Below are positions 1 through 6,702 of a stretch of DNA of 18,382 nt, piece by piece. The stretch spans positions 1-18,382 of the forward strand of contig JAJHRB010000027.1 in the NCBI GenBank assembly GCA_020833025.1, given 5' to 3'. The DNA is from Thermoproteaceae archaeon. Lineage in GTDB: Archaea; Thermoproteota; Thermoprotei; Thermoproteales; Thermoproteaceae. Numbering within the stretch: position 1 is the stretch's first letter; the number at the start of each line of letters is the position of its first letter. Both the position numbers and the translations under genes were made by a program. The notes beneath the pieces were generated by a model that worked only from the letters and a program-made list of their open reading frames with translations, searched no databases and had not been told where the DNA came from.

Positions 1-25
1 GCGCACCGCAGATCTCCAGCCGCCT

Positions 26-400
26 CTACGGCTGGCCGCCAGAAATATCCCTCTCTATCTCCTCCACCAGTCTGAATACTAGGTAGTCAAGGAAAGTGAG
101 GTCGGCGCCCGGTCTAGCCGCGACTATGACCACGACACTTCTCCCGCCGCGCGCGACTACCACGCAGTCTTCAAAAATGATATCAAAACCTCTCAGCGTT
201 GACTTGACGAGCTGCTCGACCTCACCCATTCTGGACGCGAGTGCAGATATCCTGATCCACACATCTCTGTCCATGCCTATGCCATCAATATAAAGACCGG
301 ACCTGTGAAATACTGCAGCTCCCATCACGGGCGCGTCGGCTTTCGCCTCCTCCAGCGCCGCCCTTATAACCTCGGCTGCCCTCACGGCGGAAGAGTGCAT
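26..400 (-). CDS. Roadblock/LC7 (MglB/LAMTOR-like) domain protein, 124 aa
   Basis: The pattern V-GAAVF-x3-GL-x-I...ISALAS...beta-strands...C-terminal helix fits the roadblock fold. The ATG lies 8 nt after the phoU stop, suggesting co-transcription. Confidence 0.6.
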   Translation of the reverse strand: MHSSAVRAAEVIRAALEEAKADAPVMGAAVFHRSGLYIDGIGMDRDVWIRISALASRMGEVEQLVKSTLRGFDIIFEDCVVVARGGRSVVVIVAARPGADLTFLDYLVFRLVEEIERDISGGQP

Positions 401-408
401 CCTGCCGC

Positions 409-1035
409 CTAGCTTATTACCGGCCTCTCGCCAGTGACAACATAGTTTGTGTAGACTGCAATGTGGAGCGCGTGATCGGCCGCGCGCTCTAGGAGCCTTA
501 TGACAAGAGTCTCAACAATTTTGCACTTGTCGGCGCCCTTCAGCGCCTCTAGCAGCGTACTCCTGTCGATTCTGTCTATCTCCTCGTCGACCTCCGCCAC
601 CTCCTGCATCACAGATGCATCCCGCCTCAGAAACGCGTCGATCGCACGCGATACCGCGCGTATCACCCTCTCGCCTGCCCTCTTGATGTCCCCCGACTCG
701 CACCTCTCATCCAGCTTCTCCGCGGCGCTTGCTATGTTAAAGGCATAGCGCGCGATTCTGTACATGCTGTACGACACGAACATCGCGCTCTCCATGTGGC
801 GCAAGTCGCCAGCCACTGGGCCGTACCTGGCGACGGCCTCCATCGCTATTTCCGTGATCTCGCGGTGGAGGTAGTACAGCCTGAAGGCCATAGCCTTAAT
901 GATCTGAGAGTAGTTGGGCGGGGAGGGCGAGAGGAAGGGCTTCAGCGCCAGCTCTAGGCTCTTCACCGCAAGATCGCGCCCCTCCTCGAGCCTGCAGAGA
1001 ATACCCCGCACGGCGGCATCCAGAAGGCGCCGCAC
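409..1035 (-). CDS. phoU: Phosphate uptake regulator PhoU family, 208 aa
   Basis: Two PhoU repeats: ARYGPVAGDLR...YRIARYAFNIA and DEEIDRID...LERAADHALHIA. GTG start lies 27 nt downstream of TTATAA. Confidence 0.85.
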   Translation of the reverse strand: MRRLLDAAVRGILCRLEEGRDLAVKSLELALKPFLSPSPPNYSQIIKAMAFRLYYLHREITEIAMEAVARYGPVAGDLRHMESAMFVSYSMYRIARYAFNIASAAEKLDERCESGDIKRAGERVIRAVSRAIDAFLRRDASVMQEVAEVDEEIDRIDRSTLLEALKGADKCKIVETLVIRLLERAADHALHIAVYTNYVVTGERPVIS

Positions 1036-1036
1036 A

Positions 1037-1062
1037 GCACTCTCGGTGCGGGCTGGTTATAA
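1037..1062 (-). promoter_or_regulatory. phoU leaderless promoter: TATA (TTATAA 1062-1057) plus CGCAC-N5-GTGC palindrome (1050-1037)
   Basis: Minus strand reads AATAAAAA-TTATAA-ccagcc-CGCAC-CGAGA-GTGC-T-GTG(start). Confidence 0.65.
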
Positions 1063-1102
1063 TTTTTATTAGCGGAGGGGCGGGGAGCGTGTTGGGAGCG
1101 GG

Positions 1103-1107
1103 AAAAA
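1103..1107 (-). terminator. Putative T-tract terminator of the aprM-like gene
   Basis: TTTTT on the minus strand 12-17 nt after the stop codon. Confidence 0.3.
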
Positions 1108-1119
1108 CGGGATTTTACC

Positions 1120-2022
1120 CTAGTATCCAGGCTGCAGCTCCCTGCTCTTGACGAGTGGGCGCAAGTCTCTCGGCGGCAGCCTGGAGTTTGCGCGCCCGGC
1201 GACCGGCTGGTAGCCGTACTCGTGTATCCTCCAGAATATTCTGTATACTATGTGATCAGCCTTCGTCCAGAAGAAGAAGAAGACCAGCAGAGCGAGCGGC
1301 ACGGCGTGGAAGTGCTCGGCAAAGTAGAGGAAGCCGCGCGTGGCCCAGGAAACGCTAGGCCACTCTAGGTAGTAGAGGTAAATTGCTGCCTGGAGCACGA
1401 ACCCGCTCACGGCAATCAGCAGTATTAGCACCGGTAGCAGCTCTGCGCCGATCATGTCCCACACGCCCCTGTACCTGACCTCCTTGTACCTGACCGCCAG
1501 CCACAGCGAGCTGCCAATTATCAGCAGGATCCCGGCGAGTACGCCGAATATCCTGACCGGGTGATCCAGCCTTATTGGGATGCAGTTGTGCGGCAGTGTT
1601 ACAAAGTTTATCACAGTTGCGATGGCAGCAAGAATGAAACCCCACACGATTAGCAGCTTGGCCGCCCTCTTGGATATCCTGGTTCTGACGAGCTCTGGCG
1701 GCGACTTCATGTAAGGCTGCACGCACTTGAATATGTTCATCCCGAGGACGTCAACAAATATCGTCTTGAAGAAGCCGGCCGCGGCAGCGCCGGCAGACAG
1801 CGGCGGCTTACGCCTGACAAGCATTTCGCCCCACTGCGAGAACGGCACCATTATTGATATCTGCGGGAACTTTGCAACGTTGTGCTGCCTTATGCCCTTG
1901 TAGACAAAGGTGGCTATCAGCCAGATCACTGCAATTATCGCAATTGTGTCAATGGCCGTCCAGTCAACGGGGCTCTGTACGCCAAACTCGCGAGGGCATG
2001 CTGCCTCCACCGCCACCAGCAC
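1120..2022 (-). CDS. aprM: AprM-like membrane anchor of APS reductase (NarI/QmoC-TM-like, 5 TM helices). The start may be GTG at 2016.
   Basis: Five hydrophobic segments. Motifs LS-G...T-F-DVL...F-C, KRAAKLLIVWGFILAAIAT, G-W...AEL, WTKADHIVYR and C-terminal SRLP resemble AprM/QmoC membrane domains as recalled. Divergent from aprB. TATA spacing favours GTG 2016. Confidence 0.65.
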   Translation of the reverse strand: MLVAVEAACPREFGVQSPVDWTAIDTIAIIAVIWLIATFVYKGIRQHNVAKFPQISIMVPFSQWGEMLVRRKPPLSAGAAAAGFFKTIFVDVLGMNIFKCVQPYMKSPPELVRTRISKRAAKLLIVWGFILAAIATVINFVTLPHNCIPIRLDHPVRIFGVLAGILLIIGSSLWLAVRYKEVRYRGVWDMIGAELLPVLILLIAVSGFVLQAAIYLYYLEWPSVSWATRGFLYFAEHFHAVPLALLVFFFFWTKADHIVYRIFWRIHEYGYQPVAGRANSRLPPRDLRPLVKSRELQPGY

Positions 2023-2033
2023 TCAGGGCCGCC

Positions 2034-2100
2034 CCGCTAATAAAACTTGTTCTCGCTTCCACGTTAACCAAAATATATAAAGGCCCCCGGAGATAGGCGC
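2034..2100. promoter_or_regulatory. Divergent promoters for aprM (TTTTATTA, minus, 2045-2038) and aprBA (TATATAA 2074-2080), with GTTAAC at 2063-2068
   Basis: The only AT-rich island between the divergent starts. The first T of TATATAA is 27 nt before the aprB ATG. Confidence 0.7.
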
Positions 2101-2571
2101 ATGCCCACATTTGTTTACAGCGCTTTGTGCAAGGGCTGTGGCAAGTGCGTCGACATCTGTCCCGCCGACAACATGCAGTTCAACCCAAGGACCAGGAAGG
2201 CCTACAACGCCGACCCCGTGAGCTGCTCGGAGTGTCTCAACTGCGTAAAGTACTGCCCGGAGCACGCGGTAGACGTGAGGTCGTACGCCGACTTCATGCC
2301 CCTCGGCGCTAGGGTCGGCGTGGTGAGGGACACCAAGAAGAATGTGATTTACTGGCGCCTAATGTTCAGAGATGGCACCATCAGGGACTTCGCCGTGCCC
2401 ATAAGGACGACGCCGTGGGGCAGCGCTAAGGGCGCGCTCGACTTCGCTGAGAGGGCGGACCTCGACTCCGAGCTGCTCTGCTGCGAGGACAACCCGGAGT
2501 TCCTTGGCTTTAAGGAGCTGCCGAGACCCAAGGAGCTGAAGTACTTCACAGGGCCTGAGTTCAGCGTGTAG
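2101..2571 (+). CDS. aprB: Adenylylsulfate (APS) reductase beta subunit, 2x[4Fe-4S], 156 aa
   Basis: CKGCGKCVDICP and CSECLNCVKYCP ferredoxin motifs, plus the AprB C-terminal tail MFRDG-IRDF-VPIRTTPWGS. Lies directly before aprA. Confidence 0.93.
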   Translation: MPTFVYSALCKGCGKCVDICPADNMQFNPRTRKAYNADPVSCSECLNCVKYCPEHAVDVRSYADFMPLGARVGVVRDTKKNVIYWRLMFRDGTIRDFAVPIRTTPWGSAKGALDFAERADLDSELLCCEDNPEFLGFKELPRPKELKYFTGPEFSV

Positions 2572-2573
2572 CC

Positions 2574-4472
2574 ATGAGCGTCAACCCGTTCAACCCGCCC
2601 GTTAGGGTCGTCGAGACGGACATTTTAGTGGTCGGAGGCGGGATGGCAGGCTGCGGCGCGGTGTTCGAGGCGAAGTACTGGTGCAGGGGCAAGTGCAGGG
2701 TGACGTTGGTCGAGAAGGCAAACCTCGAGAAGTCGGGCGCGGTCGGGATGGGGCTGTCGGCGACGAACCTGGGCGAGTTCACGGAGGACCCGGAGGACCC
2801 GAAGCCCGAGGAGTTCGTCAAGTACGTGAGGAACGAGTACTTTGGCATAGTGCGCGAGGACCTGGTGTACGACATAGCGAGGCACATGACCTCGACGATA
2901 AAGCTTCTCGACATGTGGGGCCTGCCGCTATGGCGCGACCCGAAGACAGGCAAGTTCCTCAGGTCGGGCCGCTGGCAGCACACAATTCACGGCGAGTCCT
3001 ACAAGGCAATTGTGGCCGAGCCGTGCCGCAAGTCGGCAGACGAGGTCTACGAGCGCGTGGTTGCCGTGTTCCCGCTGCTCGACGAGGCCGTCCCCAATAG
3101 AATTGCCGGCGTCGTCGGCTTCCACGTGAGGGACGGGACGATGTATGTGTTCAAGGCCAAGGCCGTTATAGTCACGGCGGGCGGCGGCTCGCTGATTTAC
3201 AGGCCGAGGGCGACGTCGGAGGGCATCGGCAGGGTGTGGTACCCGACCTGGGCCTCGGCCTCCGCGTACGGCTTGACGCTGCTGGCCGGCGCCGAGGCCG
3301 TCGAGATGTGCTCCAGGCTCGTTGTTGTCAGGTTCAAGGACGGCTACGGCCCCGTCGGCTACCCGTACCTGCTGTTCAAGATGAGATCCACGGACGTCTA
3401 CGGGAAGACGTGGGAGCCCCTGCCGGACGAGGCGAGGGCGGAGTACAGGAAGCTGTACGGCAAGTACGCCGACGCGAGGCCGACGCCAACCTTGCTCAGA
3501 GTGCTTACCACGATAAGGAACTGGAAGGAGGGGAGGGGGCCTGACATAATGCAGACGCAGGAGAAGCTCAAGACTGAGGAGGACATCCACATATTGTTCG
3601 AGGACTACCTCGACATGTCGCCGACACAAGCAATACTGTGGGCCGCGCAGAACATACACCCGGAGAAGAGGCCCTCCGAGCTCATGGCCACAGAGCCTTA
3701 CGTGCAGGGCAGCCACGCGACGCCGGGCGGCATGTGGGCGTCGGGGCCGCCGGACATAGCACCCCCCGAGTACAAGTGGGGCCCGAACAGGATGCTGACA
3801 GTCGAGGGTCTCTTCGGCGCCGGCGACACCGTCGGCGTCTCAGGCCACAAGTTCAGCAGCGGCTCGATTGCAGAGGGCAGGATCGCCGGCAAGTCGGCGG
3901 TCAGGTACGTGCTGACAAAGGCCAAGGACTACAGGCCGACCGTGAGCAAGGACACGATCGAGCGCTACAGAGAGATGCTGTACAGGCCCATGGCGTGGTA
4001 CGAGCTGAACAGGCCCCTCACGACAACGCCGGAGGTGCCCAAGCAGATGACGAACTGGTTTGAGATACACCCGAACTACCTGAACTGGTTCCAGCTGCTG
4101 AACCGCCTTATGAAGACAATGGACGAGTACGCCGCCGGCTGGAGCGCCGGCTACGTGACTAACATGTACCTGCTGAACCGCGCGTGGGAGCTGCTGAAGA
4201 TGCTCGAGGAGGACTTCAACTGCTGCGCAGGGGCGGCGAGCCTGCACGAGCTGCTGAGAGTGTGGGAGTTCTACCACAGGCTGATAACGGCACAGGCCGT
4301 CGTCTTCTCGATGATGAACAGGAAGGAGACGAGGTATCCCGGCTACTACATCAACGCCGACTACCCGCAGCTGGACGAGAAGAACTGGCACGTGTTCCTC
4401 CTGGTGAGGAGGGACCCGAAGACCGGCGAGTGGAGCTGGAGGACCGTACCGGTAATCCACTTCGTCCCGTAG
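2574..4472 (+). CDS. aprA: Adenylylsulfate (APS) reductase alpha subunit (FAD), 632 aa, intact
   Basis: DILVVGGGMAGCGA FAD motif, SGAVGMGLSATN, GRWQ-TIHGESYK, GRVWYPTW, RFKDGYGPVG, GSH, GHKFSSGS and RKETRYPGYY-NADYP-LD are all AprA signatures. Confidence 0.96.
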   Translation: MSVNPFNPPVRVVETDILVVGGGMAGCGAVFEAKYWCRGKCRVTLVEKANLEKSGAVGMGLSATNLGEFTEDPEDPKPEEFVKYVRNEYFGIVREDLVYDIARHMTSTIKLLDMWGLPLWRDPKTGKFLRSGRWQHTIHGESYKAIVAEPCRKSADEVYERVVAVFPLLDEAVPNRIAGVVGFHVRDGTMYVFKAKAVIVTAGGGSLIYRPRATSEGIGRVWYPTWASASAYGLTLLAGAEAVEMCSRLVVVRFKDGYGPVGYPYLLFKMRSTDVYGKTWEPLPDEARAEYRKLYGKYADARPTPTLLRVLTTIRNWKEGRGPDIMQTQEKLKTEEDIHILFEDYLDMSPTQAILWAAQNIHPEKRPSELMATEPYVQGSHATPGGMWASGPPDIAPPEYKWGPNRMLTVEGLFGAGDTVGVSGHKFSSGSIAEGRIAGKSAVRYVLTKAKDYRPTVSKDTIERYREMLYRPMAWYELNRPLTTTPEVPKQMTNWFEIHPNYLNWFQLLNRLMKTMDEYAAGWSAGYVTNMYLLNRAWELLKMLEEDFNCCAGAASLHELLRVWEFYHRLITAQAVVFSMMNRKETRYPGYYINADYPQLDEKNWHVFLLVRRDPKTGEWSWRTVPVIHFVP

Positions 4473-4510
4473 TCCAGCATCGCGCAGGAAGAAAAATGAA
4501 AAACTCCCGC

Positions 4511-4527
4511 TTTTCCTCTCTCGTTTT
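4511..4527 (+). terminator. Putative pyrimidine/T-tract terminator after aprA
   Basis: TTTTCCTCTCTCGTTTT about 40 nt after the stop codon. Confidence 0.4.
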
Positions 4528-4615
4528 GACCGGGGCCGCTCCTGCACTTCAGTATTTCAAGTCTCAATTTCGGCCGGCGGTCAGCAATAACGACCCGCCG
4601 AGTCTACACGCTCCA

Positions 4616-4632
4616 GTTAACAATGTTTATTT
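4616..4632 (+). promoter_or_regulatory. sat promoter: GTTAAC (4616-4621) plus TATA-like TTTATTT (4626-4632)
   Basis: The first T of the TATA-like box is 27 nt before ATG 4653, the same spacing as aprB. Confidence 0.6.
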
Positions 4633-4652
4633 GCGCCGGCACAAGGCGACAC

Positions 4653-6068
4653 ATGCCACGCGTGCCCGAGGTGTACTACGCGGGCGAGATACCGCCGCAC
4701 GGCGGCGGCACGCTCGTGTACAATGTCATTGACAACATAGACAAGGCGAGGCAGTACTGGGAGATAAAGACGAGAATAGAGATCAAGCCGACTCTGGACC
4801 CGAAGGGCGTGCCTGTCAGGAACGTCTACAGGGAGGTGATGTCAATAGCCTACGGCTTCTTCACGCCGCTCGAGGGCTTCATGACGCAGAATGAAGTAGA
4901 GTCCGTGCTGAAGGAGAGGCGCCTCCTCAGCGGCTGGCTGTTCCCGTACCCAATAGTGTTTGACGTGACCGAGGAGGAGTGGAAGGCGTCGGGCGCCAAG
5001 GTCGGCGACGAGGTCCTCCTGACGCTTAAGGGCAAGCCGCTTGCCGTCATCAAGGTCGAGGAGTTCTACAAGCTGCCTGAGGACAAGAAGGCCTTCGCCG
5101 ACGCCGTCTTCGGCACGCCGGAGAGGAACAAGGAAGTCGTGAGGGTGCCGTTTGACGAGAAGATGCCGGGCTGGCTGATATACCGCTGCTTGAAGTCCCA
5201 CGCAATTGCCGGGAGAGTGTGGGTGGTCAACCCGCCGAAGTTCAGGGAGCCCTACGTCAGGTTCTGGATACCGCCTGCCCAGAGCAGGGCGTACATAAAG
5301 GCCAAGGGCTGGAGGTTCGTGGTCGCGCACCAGACTAGGAACGTGCCCCACGTCGGTCACGAGATGCTGATGAGGAGGGCGCTGTTCGTCGCGGGCATCG
5401 GCGAGAGGCCGGCCGACGCAGTCCTGGTCAACGCGATAATAGGAGCGAAGAGGCGCGGCGACTACGTTGACGAGGCAATACTGGAGGGCCACGAGGCGCT
5501 GAGCCGCGGCGGCGGCTACTACTTCCACGCAGACCGCCACATAGTCACCATGACGCTGTGGGACATGAGGTACGGCAACCCGCTCGAGTCAATACTCCAC
5601 GGCATAATCAGGCAGAACATGGGCTGCACGCACCACATGTTCGGCAGGGACCACGCTGCAGTCGGCGACTACTACGACCCGTACGCCACCCAGTACCTGT
5701 GGACCAGGGGCCTGCCGAGCTACGGCATAAACGAGCCGCCCCACCTGACAGACAAGGGCCTCAAGATACGCCCGGTGCACATGGGCGAGCTGGCATTCTG
5801 CCCGAAGTGCGGCGAGTGGACGTACCTCGGCATACCGCTGGACGTGCCCGAGGTCAAGCAGCTGCCGCTCTGCGGCCACAAGCCCGAGAGGATATCCGGC
5901 TCGTTCCTGCGCGGGCTGATAATTGAGGGCATCAAGCCGCCGAGCGTTATAATGAGGCCCGAGGTCCACGACGTAATCGTGAAGTGGTGGAAGGTGTACG
6001 GCTACCCGTACGTGACGGACAAGTACCTCAAGCTTAAGGAGGAGCAGCTCGAGGTGGAGCTGCCATGA
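4653..6068 (+). CDS. sat: Sulfate adenylyltransferase (ATP sulfurylase), 471 aa
   Basis: PPHGG N-terminus, GFFTPLEGFM, HQTRNVPHVGHE (QxRN-xx-HxxH), NMGCTHHMFGRDHA, and a CPKC...CGH Zn site. ATG 4653 was chosen over 4623 by promoter spacing. Confidence 0.95.
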   Translation: MPRVPEVYYAGEIPPHGGGTLVYNVIDNIDKARQYWEIKTRIEIKPTLDPKGVPVRNVYREVMSIAYGFFTPLEGFMTQNEVESVLKERRLLSGWLFPYPIVFDVTEEEWKASGAKVGDEVLLTLKGKPLAVIKVEEFYKLPEDKKAFADAVFGTPERNKEVVRVPFDEKMPGWLIYRCLKSHAIAGRVWVVNPPKFREPYVRFWIPPAQSRAYIKAKGWRFVVAHQTRNVPHVGHEMLMRRALFVAGIGERPADAVLVNAIIGAKRRGDYVDEAILEGHEALSRGGGYYFHADRHIVTMTLWDMRYGNPLESILHGIIRQNMGCTHHMFGRDHAAVGDYYDPYATQYLWTRGLPSYGINEPPHLTDKGLKIRPVHMGELAFCPKCGEWTYLGIPLDVPEVKQLPLCGHKPERISGSFLRGLIIEGIKPPSVIMRPEVHDVIVKWWKVYGYPYVTDKYLKLKEEQLEVELP

Positions 6069-6427
6069 CTGCCGAGGTCAGGAAGTACAAGATCGGCCTG
6101 ATAATTGACGACAAGAGGTACGAGGCAATAAAGGGCACGCCGCTCGAGCAGAAGATTGAGCGCATGTTCGGCGGTTACATCAGGCTGCTGACGCTCGAGG
6201 TGGACGAAGAGACCGCAAGGCATGTACTCAAGGAGTTCCCGTCAGGCAGAATTGACGCGAGGGGCTTCCTGGAGGACCTGCCGGTTGCCTTCAAGAGGGC
6301 GCTGTTCGAGGCCGTCGTCAAGACCAAGAGCCTCGGCAAGGAAGCAATAGACGAGGTGTTCAAGAAAATCGATGAGATAAAGGCTGCGGCGGAGAAGGAG
6401 AAGGAATACGTGCCGCCGCCGGCATAG
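6065..6427 (+). CDS. Unknown 120-aa cytoplasmic protein translationally coupled to sat
   Basis: ATGA overlap with the sat stop and the same codon style as apr/sat. Globular-looking sequence with MFGG and FPSGRIDARGFLEDLP segments. Confidence 0.85.
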   Translation: MTAEVRKYKIGLIIDDKRYEAIKGTPLEQKIERMFGGYIRLLTLEVDEETARHVLKEFPSGRIDARGFLEDLPVAFKRALFEAVVKTKSLGKEAIDEVFKKIDEIKAAAEKEKEYVPPPA

Positions 6428-6447
6428 CCCGGCGCCCGGAATTCCCA

Positions 6448-6456
6448 TTTTTCTCT
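6448..6456 (+). terminator. Putative T-tract terminator of the sat operon
   Basis: TTTTTCTCT 20 nt after the stop codon. Confidence 0.45.
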
Positions 6457-6481
6457 CCCCCGCAGTGCCCGCAGGAGGGGT

Positions 6482-6562
6482 TTTGAGAATTCTAACGCGC
6501 TCCCAGGCCGCCAGCAGACGGCCGGGGCTGCGAGTGGCGCGCTGTCTCTCGGATATCTCAAA
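6482..6562. repeat. Nested imperfect inverted repeat (fold-back), 81 nt
   Basis: TTTGAGAATTC (6482-6492) vs GATATCTCAAA (6552-6562) match 9/11. Inner stems are CGCGC/GCGCG (6496-6500/6537-6541) and CCC-A-GGCCG/CGGCC-GGG (6502-6526). Confidence 0.4.
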
Positions 6563-6573
6563 TACTAATAATG

Positions 6574-6580
6574 TTTATAA
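6574..6580 (+). promoter_or_regulatory. TATA box TTTATAA for the uORF-wHTH transcript
   Basis: Best TATA match in the gap, preceded by A-rich BRE-like sequence, 27 nt before ATG 6601. Confidence 0.65.
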
Positions 6581-6600
6581 GAGCACGCGCATGCCGCCAC

Positions 6601-6702
6601 ATGGCGGGTCCCCGCCACACTGGCTGTGGTTCTCGTCTAATGCCAACACCAATGCCTCTGGCGCGCGTCAAGAGCGCTGCGCGCGTGCTGCGCGTATGCT
6701 GA
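6601..6702 (+). CDS. Putative leaderless 33-aa uORF/leader peptide MAGPRHTGCGSRLMPTPMPLARVKSAARVLRVC
   Basis: ATG is exactly 27 nt after the TATA box. The stop TGA (6700-6702) overlaps the regulator ATG at 6696 (ATGCTGA). Not in the ORF track. Confidence 0.4.
   Translation: MAGPRHTGCGSRLMPTPMPLARVKSAARVLRVC

Noticed and set aside
1120-2022. Calling the membrane protein QmoC or DsrM
   Set aside because: It has no N-terminal Fe-S domain as in QmoC, no adjacent qmoAB or dsrK, and an incomplete four-His pattern. AprM-like fits better.
4623-4652. Upstream ATG for sat (481-aa version)
   Set aside because: ATG 4623 overlaps the BRE/TATA region, whereas ATG 4653 fits the 27-nt spacing.
2625-5969. 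Long antisense and alternate-frame ORFs over aprA and sat (e.g. 2928-3716, 3840-4547, 4842-5540, 2681-3100, 4184-4732)
   Set aside because: Shadow ORFs expected from high GC3. They have no motifs or promoters and fully overlap well-supported genes.
6465-6695. N-terminal extension of the 240-aa ORF, and the 203-aa minus ORF 6558-7169
   Set aside because: The extension spans the inverted repeat and promoter and is low-complexity. The minus ORF is antisense to the wHTH gene and has no motif.
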